Sequence record: KT919972.1
Length of the DNA: 64,000 nt
Reading direction: 5' to 3' (one strand)
Position 1 is the first letter of the stretch; each line of letters begins with the position of its first letter. A program made the position numbers and the translations under genes. Below are positions 9,204 through 18,014 of this stretch, one piece after another. The notes below the pieces were generated by a model, which had not been told where the DNA came from, made no database searches, and saw only the letters and a list, made by a program, of their open reading frames with translations.

Positions 9204-9277
9204 AAAAAAGGGTTGACTTCGGTCAGCCCTTTTGTGTATTATACAACTACTGAAACGAAACAACGAAAGAGAACATT
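9204..9277 (+). promoter_or_regulatory. Terminator/promoter/leader cassette (PeSL-like)
   Basis: AAGGGTTGAC-TTCG-GTCAGCCCTTT hairpin contains -35 TTGACT; -10 TATTAT; GAAACG..GAGAACATT-ATG leader. Confidence 0.85.
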
Positions 9278-9535
9278 ATGACTGCACAACAAATTATCGC
9301 TTCACTAGAATCAACATATGACATCGACTATGCTTGTACAACTACTGATGGTGAAGTTCACACAATCACTGAGTATCGTGAAATCATCGGATGTCTTGTA
9401 ATTTCACCGCGTCGAGGTAGTATTGGTGTTGGTTATGTTCATGATGACGACACAGATGAAGTTCAACCGTATGATATTACGTGGTTCTCGTCTGATGACC
9501 TAAATTCTATCGAAGTTCACATTGATTGCTTATAA
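9278..9535 (+). CDS. Hypothetical protein
   Basis: First gene after cassette; 85 aa. Confidence 0.75.
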   Translation: MTAQQIIASLESTYDIDYACTTTDGEVHTITEYREIIGCLVISPRRGSIGVGYVHDDDTDEVQPYDITWFSSDDLNSIEVHIDCL

Positions 9536-9547
9536 GAGGAAAACATT

Positions 9548-9892
9548 ATGAAAACTATGAACGCTACTGACTTACGCGCTGTTGAAACACTAGTTGAACA
9601 AAATGATGCAGCGGTCGTCGATAAAGAAAAATACCGCAGTGCTCTTGCTTTCGCATATGGTTGCATGAACGGTGTTCAACGAGAAGTATATCGCGATTAC
9701 CACATGAATGTGTTAGTCGAGCGTTACGACATTGAGTACTGCAACGATGCGCAAGTGATCTTGCCTTACGGTGAATTGAAGTCAACTATCAAATTCATCG
9801 AAGAAACTCTAAGTGCTTCTGACTATGCAGAACTTAAAGAATACTTTCAATTCACGATTGCACTGGCGGTGAACGACAATGAAACGATTTAA
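9548..9892 (+). CDS. Hypothetical protein
   Basis: GAGGA RBS; 114 aa. Confidence 0.75.
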   Translation: MKTMNATDLRAVETLVEQNDAAVVDKEKYRSALAFAYGCMNGVQREVYRDYHMNVLVERYDIEYCNDAQVILPYGELKSTIKFIEETLSASDYAELKEYFQFTIALAVNDNETI

Positions 9893-10562
9893 GAAACATA
9901 TTCGAAAATACGATGAGCACGGGGTTGCTCAGTATAATATGCTGATGATATTCGGTTTGATGATAGTAATCGCTCTATCAATAGCACTTACTGCGGCAAA
10001 TATACTATTTTCATTCGAAATACAAAACCCTGACGCGAACATCACAACACCAGGTGATTCGTTCTGGACAGTATGGATGGCAATGAGTACAATCGGTTTT
10101 GGTGACAAGTACCCTGTCACTACGGGTGGTCGATATGTCATCGGATGTATGTTTGTTGTTGGTACATCGTTACTTGGTTTGACTATTGGTATTATCAACT
10201 CATGGGTTGTGTCTAAGTTTGATAAGAGCATTCAGAATCGCGTGTTGAAGAGTCAGAACGATGCATTATTGCACAAACTAGACCGCCTTGAGACGCATTT
10301 AGGCATCGAACAAGAAGTTCGATTTGATAAAGATGCACATGGTATAGATACAATAATTGACCAGTATTTTGACAGCAACGAGAAAGCCGATAGAATCGTC
10401 ACACTTGGTCAAGATGATAGCGGTCGATATGTCGTAGCAATAAATCAGCTAATGGTCGAAACGCAACATACATCAATGAAGTGGCATACTTTCATCAATG
10501 AAAAAGATGCTGTTAAATTCTTTGAAGAAACTAGTGAATTATTTCACACGGAGCTATTATGA
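9879..10562 (+). CDS. Two-TM potassium channel (KcsA-like) with C-terminal domain
   Basis: TM1, pore helix SFWTVWMAMS, filter TIGFGD, P.T..GR, TM2. Confidence 0.88.
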   Translation: MKRFKKHIRKYDEHGVAQYNMLMIFGLMIVIALSIALTAANILFSFEIQNPDANITTPGDSFWTVWMAMSTIGFGDKYPVTTGGRYVIGCMFVVGTSLLGLTIGIINSWVVSKFDKSIQNRVLKSQNDALLHKLDRLETHLGIEQEVRFDKDAHGIDTIIDQYFDSNEKADRIVTLGQDDSGRYVVAINQLMVETQHTSMKWHTFINEKDAVKFFEETSELFHTELL

Positions 10563-11053
10563 TTCGTAAAATTACACTCGTTGCACTAGCAACACTGGCA
10601 CTTGCCGCATGTGACAACAAACCTGCGACGCTTGATACTAACGCTTACTATGCTGAACAAGAAGATGAACAGCTACTAGTTGACGCACCAACCACTGAAA
10701 AGTTTGACGTGACGCTGCCTGTTGTTGAAGAACAACCGCAACAACCACAGACAGTCGTTGTACAGCAAGATGACGGGTTTGATTTAGGTGATGCAGCGAT
10801 TGGTTTTGTTGCTGCTGAGTTAATCGACGAAGTAGGTGATTCTTTTGAGTCGAAGAAGAAGACGCACGTTAAGCAAGTTGTAATCAAGCAGCCTGTAAAG
10901 AAAGCGCCTGTGATTAAACGTGTTGAACCTAAAAAGGTAGAAGCGAAGAAGGTAACAAAGACTGTAGTCAAGAAAGAAAAGAAAAAGGAAAGCTTTTTCA
11001 AGCGAGCAGTCAAAAAAGTGAAAAAATCGAAGTTTAAAAAACGTCGCAGATAA
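10559..11053 (+). CDS. Putative lipoprotein with Lys-rich tail
   Basis: Lipobox LALAA/C at residue 18; acidic middle, strongly basic C-terminus. Confidence 0.7.
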   Translation: MIRKITLVALATLALAACDNKPATLDTNAYYAEQEDEQLLVDAPTTEKFDVTLPVVEEQPQQPQTVVVQQDDGFDLGDAAIGFVAAELIDEVGDSFESKKKTHVKQVVIKQPVKKAPVIKRVEPKKVEAKKVTKTVVKKEKKKESFFKRAVKKVKKSKFKKRRR

Positions 11054-11082
11054 AAAAAAGGGAGCAATTAGCTCCCTTTTTT
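11052..11082. terminator. Bidirectional intrinsic terminator
   Basis: A8-GGGAGC-AATTA-GCTCCC-T6; reverse complement of the 850-878 terminator. Confidence 0.9.
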
Positions 11083-11089
11083 GTTATTT

Positions 11090-11641
11090 TTACTTCTTAG
11101 CGGCTTTTTTAGCACGTTTAGTAGCCTTTTCAATCTTTATCAGCTCTGCTTCCATCTTCTCAAGACCTTGAAGATATTGATCAGATTGCTTGATGTCGCT
11201 ACGAAATACGCCTTTCGCTGTTGCAATATCAATGTCACTGTTGAGACTTGTGCGAAGCTTACGAACTAAGAACAACGAACGCTCTAAGTCTTTTTCAAAT
11301 GCTGCTACTTTCTTCTCAGTGATATCGTCTTGTTTCAGTGAGCGATACTTCTCGATTTTCTTCATAGTCTTTTTGAGTTCGCTGTAGTCTTTGCGTGCTT
11401 GACCGCCTGCAAATAACGCACCACCAATGAGACCATGAATACCGAGACTAATTGCACCCCATGTTGCAAGTGGTACAGCGACTGCCAACCCACCTGTTGC
11501 TGTCGCACCCGCTGCTGCGGTCATAAAGCCAAATGCAGCACCGAGAGATGCACCAGCTAATGCAGAACGACCAGCCCATTGCTTTATTGTAGCTTCTTTA
11601 AGCTCTGTTTCTTTATATTCATCAAATGTTTTAAGTTCCAT
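11090..11641 (-). CDS. Candidate capsid-internal protein with Gly/Ala-rich hydrophobic hairpin
   Basis: N-terminus MELKTFDEYKETELKE resembles the T4 capsid-targeting sequence; one of only two credible minus-strand genes. Confidence 0.7.
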   Translation of the reverse strand: MELKTFDEYKETELKEATIKQWAGRSALAGASLGAAFGFMTAAAGATATGGLAVAVPLATWGAISLGIHGLIGGALFAGGQARKDYSELKKTMKKIEKYRSLKQDDITEKKVAAFEKDLERSLFLVRKLRTSLNSDIDIATAKGVFRSDIKQSDQYLQGLEKMEAELIKIEKATKRAKKAAKK

Positions 11642-11671
11642 CACGGTATTCCTTTGTTGTCAGTAATAAAA

Positions 11672-11745
11672 AACGAGGGAAGCGACTATAGTTGGAACCA
11701 ATACTCGCAGTGACCAATGCGATACATAGTCACGACCCTCGAAAC
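11672..11745 (-). ncRNA. Candidate structured leader/small RNA ending in a U6 run
   Basis: Nested stems CGAGGG/CCCTCG, GACTAT/ATAGTC, TCGCA/TGCGA, TTGG/CCAA. Confidence 0.45.
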
Positions 11746-11828
11746 TGAATAAAATATTGTGTATGATATATTTAGTGCTACAACACTACTTGATTTACAA
11801 TTTTCTCATAAAAAAGACAAAATAATTG

Positions 11829-11857
11829 TTGACTAAAGTGTAAAAAATGCTTATCAT
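11829..11857 (+). promoter_or_regulatory. sigma70-type early promoter
   Basis: TTGACT-17-TATCAT. Confidence 0.7.
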
Positions 11858-11909
11858 AAGGCATATTCTGATTAAACGTTCAATAATCCAACAAAAAGAG
11901 ATTTATATT

Positions 11910-12374
11910 ATGACACCAAAAGACATTCTACGCGCTGCGAACACTACTGTTTCTAAGCTGAGTATTTTAAATGGCGAGTACAGCACAGTTGTTCTAGGCT
12001 CACCTGCAAGTGGTAAAAACACTATGCTATTGGGTATGATGATGCAACGTGGCATCGACAACTGTACAATGATCGTTACAGAAACACATCACGCTAATAT
12101 GGCTAATAAAATTGGTGTTGGTGCATTGGTTGTATGTGGTGGACTGAATCTTGAAAAACTCATTGAGGCAGTTTCATTTGCATGTACTCAAGATCGTGAA
12201 CATATCTTCATCGAGCACGTGCAGCCTATGTTAGGTCACGACATCGTTGAAATTCTAGAGTCAATCGTGAAACCATTCAACAAGCGCATCTACATCGGTA
12301 TTCAAGCTGCACGCAGTAGCGGTCTAGGTGATAACTATAAAACACAAATGATGAATACATTGACACTGGGGTAA
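11910..12374 (+). CDS. Small P-loop-like protein
   Basis: VVLGSPASGKN (Walker A-like); start re-chosen at 11910. Confidence 0.6.
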   Translation: MTPKDILRAANTTVSKLSILNGEYSTVVLGSPASGKNTMLLGMMMQRGIDNCTMIVTETHHANMANKIGVGALVVCGGLNLEKLIEAVSFACTQDREHIFIEHVQPMLGHDIVEILESIVKPFNKRIYIGIQAARSSGLGDNYKTQMMNTLTLG

Positions 12375-12376
12375 TT

Positions 12377-12652
12377 ATGAACTTCTTTCAAATAAGCATG
12401 AATTTAGCTATTGACCCATCAATTGAACCAGACGAAGAGTGGGCTGATAAGCAATTGATCATTGCTTCTAGTCACGAAATGGCTAGAAAACTTGCTGATG
12501 CACGCAAGAAAGGTCGTCATGGTTGGTTCGACCCTAATGTGTGCTCTATCGACTATCTCTATGAGTTGCGCGATAAAGCACTTGAAGATAATGATCACGT
12601 GAGTGTAATGAACTACACCGCAATGATCGCTATGCGGGAGAGTGTACAATGA
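12377..12652 (+). CDS. Hypothetical protein, possibly all-alpha NTP-pyrophosphatase-like
   Basis: KLADARKKGRHGW..C..L..DHVSVMNYTAM pattern seen in small phage proteins; fold call is tentative. Confidence 0.55.
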   Translation: MNFFQISMNLAIDPSIEPDEEWADKQLIIASSHEMARKLADARKKGRHGWFDPNVCSIDYLYELRDKALEDNDHVSVMNYTAMIAMRESVQ

Positions 12653-13662
12653 ATGTACTATTCACGAGTCTATTCGGCTCGAAACTCTATGGCACAGACA
12701 CGCCAGAGTCAGATACAGACTACAAAGCTGTCTTTCAACCTGAAATACGTAAACTGTTGCGCGGTGTTGCAATAAAGAACTCAGTACACACGACTGGCAA
12801 ATCGTTTGAGAAGAACGGTGCAGACGATGAAGACTTTGAATATATACCAGTTCAAGTGTTCATGCGTGACTTTCTTGCAGGTCAGTCGTATGCAATTGAA
12901 TTGGCATTTAATGCACTACAGAACCCAGATGACTGCAACCCTGCATTCTCTGCTATGTGTCGTGAGTTAACAAGTACGTATTTGACATCAAACGTTAAAG
13001 CAATGACTGGTTACGCGCTCAATCAAGCACAGAAGTACGGCATCAAAGGTACGCGACTAAACAGCCTTATGCAATTCGCCCGTGCTGTAGAGACGCACAA
13101 CGTCGATTCTAAAGCGAAGTTGGGTTCAAGCCCTGAGTTGTGCAAACAACTATGGGAACTGTGTGCAGAAGACGCTCACGTGCGTTTTCAGTGGTATCAT
13201 GGGCCTAAAACTAAAGACGCGAGCGATTTGAAAGACCCTGCATTCAGTGTGCTTGAGAAAGTATTCGGTCTTGAGATAACGTTTGAAGAAGCTGCGGGTC
13301 GTCTTGAGAAGATGATGAGCAAATATGGTGCTCGTGCATATCAAGCGCGTGCTGCAAGTGGTTCAGATTGGAAAGCGATATCACATGCCATGCGTGTGAT
13401 CGATCAAGCAATCGATATACTAACAGTAGGTAAGTTGGAATTCCCTTTGAAGAACGCAGCGTTCTATCGTGACGTGAAACAAGGTAAGTACAAGTGGGAA
13501 TATGTGTCTGAAGTGCTGCAAGAACGTCTTGAAGTGCTAGAAAATGCAAAAGATACAACGTCACTTCCGAATCACACACCTGAATTGGTTAATGATTTCT
13601 ACGAGTGGTATGATGACTGGCTTGACGAATTCTACTTCCCTTCAGTATATAGTTACAATTGA
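12649..13662 (+). CDS. Pol-beta superfamily nucleotidyltransferase (T4 NrdC.11-like)
   Basis: GSKLYGTDTPESDTD (GS-x-DxD); DWKAISHAMR. Confidence 0.85.
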   Translation: MNVLFTSLFGSKLYGTDTPESDTDYKAVFQPEIRKLLRGVAIKNSVHTTGKSFEKNGADDEDFEYIPVQVFMRDFLAGQSYAIELAFNALQNPDDCNPAFSAMCRELTSTYLTSNVKAMTGYALNQAQKYGIKGTRLNSLMQFARAVETHNVDSKAKLGSSPELCKQLWELCAEDAHVRFQWYHGPKTKDASDLKDPAFSVLEKVFGLEITFEEAAGRLEKMMSKYGARAYQARAASGSDWKAISHAMRVIDQAIDILTVGKLEFPLKNAAFYRDVKQGKYKWEYVSEVLQERLEVLENAKDTTSLPNHTPELVNDFYEWYDDWLDEFYFPSVYSYN

Positions 13663-13663
13663 T

Positions 13664-13671
13664 TATAAATA
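13664..13671 (+). promoter_or_regulatory. T4-type late promoter
   Basis: Exact TATAAATA 26 nt before ATG 13697. Confidence 0.8.
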
Positions 13672-13696
13672 CGTTAAACAAATAAAGAGGTTTAAC

Positions 13697-13948
13697 ATGA
13701 AAGGTTTTAACGATTTTTTCAAAAAAGGTGAAGTCAAACTGCAAGAAACTGAACAAGAGTTTCACGAGCGTGTTGTCAAGCATCGTAAAGTAGATGATAG
13801 CCGTTACCCAGACTTGTCTAATTCAGGTCTAGAGGGTCCATATACTGACCTGAATGGTAAAGTTTATTACTACGATGCACGTGAGGGTATGTACTACGAC
13901 CCTGACACAGACATCTACATCACTGCAAAAGACTTACGTTTACCGTAA
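13697..13948 (+). CDS. Late small protein, candidate capsid-internal; YYD repeat domain
   Basis: MKGFNDFF..LQE N-terminus; GLEGPY..GKVYYYDAREGMYYDPDTD. Confidence 0.75.
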   Translation: MKGFNDFFKKGEVKLQETEQEFHERVVKHRKVDDSRYPDLSNSGLEGPYTDLNGKVYYYDAREGMYYDPDTDIYITAKDLRLP

Positions 13949-13953
13949 AACAC

Positions 13954-13976
13954 AAAGCGCCTACGGGCGCTTTTTT
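13954..13976 (+). terminator. Intrinsic terminator
   Basis: GCGCC-TACG-GGCGC-T6. Confidence 0.9.
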
Positions 13977-13990
13977 ATTGAGAGAAATAT

Positions 13991-14446
13991 ATGATTACAC
14001 TAATTCAAGACCAAAACTCCCTTCAATTCATGTTCAATGATGACCTTTTGCTATCTGCAACATGGGAATCATACATCGATCAAAACTACAACTGTGAAAT
14101 GTACAAGACAGCTATGGTTGAAATCCCTTCAATTGGCTGCACTGTCGTACGCGAAAAATACGACGCTCGTAATATAATCGAAACACTGCTTAAAACACGC
14201 GAACTAGAACCAGACGAGTTCGAGTTAATCACAGACCTATTCCCTCACGTCGATGTGACTCAAGAAGAACATCACTGGCATTGTGAATGCTGCGGTGGGG
14301 TTCATGATACCACAACAAACATATTCAACCAAGAGACTGGTAAAGAACTTGAGTTTCATTTCGACGGACATTTTGGTGATAGCACATCGCTCATGCCTCA
14401 TCAATTACTTGAGTTCTGTCTATATGGTTGGTTGATTGACCAATGA
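13991..14446 (+). CDS. Hypothetical protein with CxCC/H metal-binding motif
   Basis: HHWHCECCGGVH; 151 aa. Confidence 0.7.
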   Translation: MITLIQDQNSLQFMFNDDLLLSATWESYIDQNYNCEMYKTAMVEIPSIGCTVVREKYDARNIIETLLKTRELEPDEFELITDLFPHVDVTQEEHHWHCECCGGVHDTTTNIFNQETGKELEFHFDGHFGDSTSLMPHQLLEFCLYGWLIDQ

Positions 14447-14817
14447 TGTCACCGAGAGTACTCGTCTGTGGTGGTCGTAAGTTCAGAGATAGAAAACTTG
14501 TTTATGCTGCGTTAGATAAGCTATACAATAGCTTCTATATAGGGCGAATGACTATTATAGAAGGCGGCGCACTTGGTGCTGATCGACTTGCGCAAGATTG
14601 GGCGAATCAAGCGCACATCGATGTTGATTTAATCACGTGCGAAGCTGAGTGGGACAAATATGGCGATTCTGCGGGTTTTAAACGCAACTCCGACATGGCT
14701 GATCTCAAGCCAGACATATGTTTGGCATTCAAAGGCGGTCGCGGCACTCAGAACATGATTGACATTTGTCGAGAGCGTTCAATCAAAGTGCATACGATCA
14801 ATTGGAAATATAGATGA
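14443..14817 (+). CDS. YspA/DUF2493 SLOG-family protein
   Basis: RVLVCGGR..IIEGGALGAD..AG..RN..M..GGRGT.NM. Confidence 0.88.
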   Translation: MMSPRVLVCGGRKFRDRKLVYAALDKLYNSFYIGRMTIIEGGALGADRLAQDWANQAHIDVDLITCEAEWDKYGDSAGFKRNSDMADLKPDICLAFKGGRGTQNMIDICRERSIKVHTINWKYR

Positions 14818-14827
14818 GGAAAAGATA

Positions 14828-16093
14828 GTGGGTTTAACTAATTGCCAACAAGGTGCAATGAATGCGTTTCTCGACTCTGATGGGCATATGACTATTTCTG
14901 GTCCCGCGGGTTCTGGTAAGACATTCTTAATGAAGTCTATTCTCGCTGCGCTTGACGCAAAAGGCAAGAACGTAGCAATGGTAGCACCAACTCACCAAGC
15001 AAAGAACGTGCTACACAAAATGACAGGTCGTGATGTATCAACGATTCACAGTCTACTGAAAATTCACCCAGACACGTATGAAGATCAGAAGCACTTCAAG
15101 CAAGCTGGTGATGTTGAAGGTCTAGACGAAATTGATGTGCTTGTGGTCGAAGAAGCAAGTATGATCGACAATGAGCTATACGACATCATGGGTAAAACAA
15201 TGCCACGCAAGTGTCGCATTCTAGGTGTTGGTGATAAGTATCAGCTTCAACCAGTGAAACATGAGCCTGGTATTATCTCACCGATGTTCACTAAGTTCAA
15301 CACTTATGAAATGACTGAAGTTGTACGACAAGCAAAAGACAACCCGTTGATTCAAGTCGCAACTGAAGTACGTCAAGGTGAATGGCTACGCACTAACTGG
15401 TCAAAAGAGCTGCGTCAAGGCGTTTTGCACGTTCCGAACGTGAATAAAATGCTAGACACTTACTTGAGTAAAATCAACACACCTGAAGACTTGCTTGACT
15501 ATCGTATTCTTGCTTACACAAACGATTGTGTTGATACGTTCAATGGTATTATTCGTGAGCACATTTACAACACGAGCGAACCATTTATCCCGAATGAGTA
15601 TCTTGTAACACAAATGCCAGTTATGCAGTCAAACGGGAAGTACCCTGTTTGTGTCATTGACAATGGTGAAATCGTTAAGATTCTTGATGTTCGTCAGAAA
15701 ACAATCGATGGTATGTTACCAAAAGTAGACAACGAATCGTTTGATGTTGCTGTGCTAACTGTTGAGAAAGACGATGGTAATGTGTATGAGTTCACTGTTC
15801 TGTGGGATGACCTACAGAAAGAACGCTTTGCGCGTTACTTGATGGTTGCTGCTGGTACTTACAAGTCGATGCGTGGTAATACTAAACGCTACTGGCGTGC
15901 TTTCTGGGGCTTGAAAGAGCAGATGATTGAAACTAAGTCTCTTGGTGCATCAACAACTCACAAGTCACAAGGTACGACTGTTAAAGGTGTGTGTATCTAC
16001 ACTCAAGACATGGGATACGCCGAACCAGAGATTGTTCAGCAACTTGCTTATGTTGCACTAACTCGACCAACAGATTGGGCATTGTACAATTAA
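14828..16093 (+). CDS. dda: Dda SF1B DNA helicase
   Basis: GPAGSGKT, APTHQA, STIHSLL, VEEASM, GDKYQLQPV, THKSQG, YVALTR; GTG start after GAGGA. Confidence 0.93.
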   Translation: MGLTNCQQGAMNAFLDSDGHMTISGPAGSGKTFLMKSILAALDAKGKNVAMVAPTHQAKNVLHKMTGRDVSTIHSLLKIHPDTYEDQKHFKQAGDVEGLDEIDVLVVEEASMIDNELYDIMGKTMPRKCRILGVGDKYQLQPVKHEPGIISPMFTKFNTYEMTEVVRQAKDNPLIQVATEVRQGEWLRTNWSKELRQGVLHVPNVNKMLDTYLSKINTPEDLLDYRILAYTNDCVDTFNGIIREHIYNTSEPFIPNEYLVTQMPVMQSNGKYPVCVIDNGEIVKILDVRQKTIDGMLPKVDNESFDVAVLTVEKDDGNVYEFTVLWDDLQKERFARYLMVAAGTYKSMRGNTKRYWRAFWGLKEQMIETKSLGASTTHKSQGTTVKGVCIYTQDMGYAEPEIVQQLAYVALTRPTDWALYN

Positions 16094-16106
16094 TTTCAAA
16101 AAGTAG

Positions 16107-16135
16107 TTGACAAAACGTGTGAGTGGCAGTAATAT
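16107..16135 (+). promoter_or_regulatory. sigma70-type early promoter
   Basis: TTGACA-17-TAATAT with cassette-like leader. Confidence 0.7.
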
Positions 16136-16171
16136 GTCACTCAACGCCTAACGAAACAAGAGAACAAAATC

Positions 16172-16495
16172 ATGAAATTCAAAATGCCGAAAATGCCTAA
16201 CTGGCTTGACAACACTGTGATTCTCGCTCAAGAAGCTAAATCACACCCTCGTATCACTGCTGCTGTTCTTGTAGCTGTATTAGCACTTGGTTATGTCAGT
16301 TATACTCGTGTACCTGCAATTGCATCGTGTACATGGACTGCTGTAATCGATCAATCTGTACCATGGGATTTGTGGCGTCACAACATGTGGAACAATAACT
16401 GTCAATACTACAATGGCACTCGTTGGATTGCATTAGAGAAAGTCATGGACGTTGGCGCAGGTTCTGCTGAAGAACTAGAGGAATTGGCTCTATGA
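16172..16495 (+). CDS. Membrane-anchored hypothetical protein
   Basis: One TM segment, Cys pair in C-terminal part. Confidence 0.75.
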   Translation: MKFKMPKMPNWLDNTVILAQEAKSHPRITAAVLVAVLALGYVSYTRVPAIASCTWTAVIDQSVPWDLWRHNMWNNNCQYYNGTRWIALEKVMDVGAGSAEELEELAL

Positions 16496-16671
16496 TCTTA
16501 GCAACTGCTGAAGAAGTTCAAGAATACTTAGACAAAGCGGGTGCATGGTTATGCACGCCGTCTGGTAGAATGTTCAACGATTGTAAGTCTGTTGCTCGTA
16601 CGGCATATGCAGAAGCATTAGCAAACGTAGACGGTAAAACAATCTACAATTTGAAACAAAAGCGAGATTAA
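16492..16671 (+). CDS. Hypothetical protein (59 aa)
   Basis: ATGA overlap; GAGGA RBS. Confidence 0.55.
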   Translation: MILATAEEVQEYLDKAGAWLCTPSGRMFNDCKSVARTAYAEALANVDGKTIYNLKQKRD

Positions 16672-16735
16672 TAGCAAATTCATATGAAATCATGTGAATA
16701 ATGTGTTAAATTCCAATAAATAAGAGTGATATATT

Positions 16736-17497
16736 ATGAGTATTGCAACTACATCTGGGCATCGCTTCGGCATGCTTGTTAAATCAATCACAACTGGCAT
16801 CGAAGGTACGGTAATCGGTATCACACAGTGCATCGCAGGGTGTGAATTGCTTGAAGTTCGAGCAAAAGACGCTAAAAATGAAGTGAAAACTCATGTTTTT
16901 AGCTCGAAATTAGTCGAAATCGTCAATTCTAATCGAGTTGAAGAGTATGAAGCTATCTTCGCAGAGACAAATACTACAATGCCAATTCGTCTTGGTGATG
17001 AAGTTGAAGACACAGTTTCAGAAGCGAAAGGTATCGTAACTGAAATTCAATACTCGGTGAACGCAGCACCTAATGTGCTTTTGATCAAGCCATACGCAGA
17101 GCATGAAACGAATATTTATGCATCTGCGCGGGTCATTAGCTGTAAGCAAACAGGTCACTCGATTCACGATAAGATCATCAACAATCGTCAAAAGCGTGAG
17201 CGTGATGAGCTTAAAGTGGAATTGCTGCAAAAAGCTCGATGCATGGCAACTGGCGCAACTGGCTTAGTCACTGCCATTTTCAATCAAGCAAACGGGACAA
17301 TCTCGGTTGGTATTCAACCCGTGAGTAAAGAAGGTCGACTACTCGATACTCATTATACCGATATTGAATTAGTCGAAATCATCACTGAAGAAGCAAAGAA
17401 AATCGTTCAACCTAAAGAGACAAAGCTCAAGAAAAGTGGCTCACTGCGCTCCCATGAACTGTCTTCATTGCGACGCAGTGGTATGCATACAGTGTAA
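16736..17497 (+). CDS. Hypothetical protein with three SH3/KOW-like repeats
   Basis: Three units of pattern G..V....TG..G.V..I. Confidence 0.7.
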   Translation: MSIATTSGHRFGMLVKSITTGIEGTVIGITQCIAGCELLEVRAKDAKNEVKTHVFSSKLVEIVNSNRVEEYEAIFAETNTTMPIRLGDEVEDTVSEAKGIVTEIQYSVNAAPNVLLIKPYAEHETNIYASARVISCKQTGHSIHDKIINNRQKRERDELKVELLQKARCMATGATGLVTAIFNQANGTISVGIQPVSKEGRLLDTHYTDIELVEIITEEAKKIVQPKETKLKKSGSLRSHELSSLRRSGMHTV

Positions 17498-17548
17498 AAC
17501 TAACAGCGCCATATTTGCACGTGTGCAACAAGCACAAGGAAGCACAAT

Positions 17549-18010
17549 ATGAAGTTCGCATTGTTAAGCTTGGCAATAATGCCATTGATTGCGAACGCAC
17601 ACGTACACGATGATTGGATGACTGTTCATCGTGTTGATGTTCGCACACATGAGGCAATACACACTGCAAGCACGAACTCAGTCAATCGTCTTGCTGTGCT
17701 CACAATTGACTGTGATAAAGCAATCACGTTGTATGAAACGAGAGCATACCTGACCGCTGCAAAACCGGACGAAATCTGGTATTCACTAGATGGGAACCCA
17801 TACGTGCGAGTCGAGAGTAATCAGTTACAACAACAATCATCTGTCACGACTTATCTTGGTAATAGTGATGATGTTATCGATACGCTCAAAACAGGAAATA
17901 TGCTCGAATATGTTGTAAACAACGGGCACGGTGTGTCATACTCGTATCATTTTAGTCTACACGGCATGAATGATGCATATGACGCACTCGGTGAATTATG
18001 CAAGTGGTAA
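17549..18010 (+). CDS. Secreted/periplasmic hypothetical protein
   Basis: Signal peptide ending ANA; W..D..A..L.I.C..DG..FSLHG pattern. Confidence 0.7.
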   Translation: MKFALLSLAIMPLIANAHVHDDWMTVHRVDVRTHEAIHTASTNSVNRLAVLTIDCDKAITLYETRAYLTAAKPDEIWYSLDGNPYVRVESNQLQQQSSVTTYLGNSDDVIDTLKTGNMLEYVVNNGHGVSYSYHFSLHGMNDAYDALGELCKW

Positions 18011-18014
18011 CAAA

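Noticed and set aside
11910-12374. Functional ATPase/kinase call
   Set aside because: Walker A-like GSPASGKN lacks the usual T/S and no clear Walker B; left as P-loop-like.
1441-16686. Repeated 12-mer GCAAATTCATAT at 1441 and about 16675
   Set aside because: Only two AT-rich copies in unlike contexts; compatible with chance.
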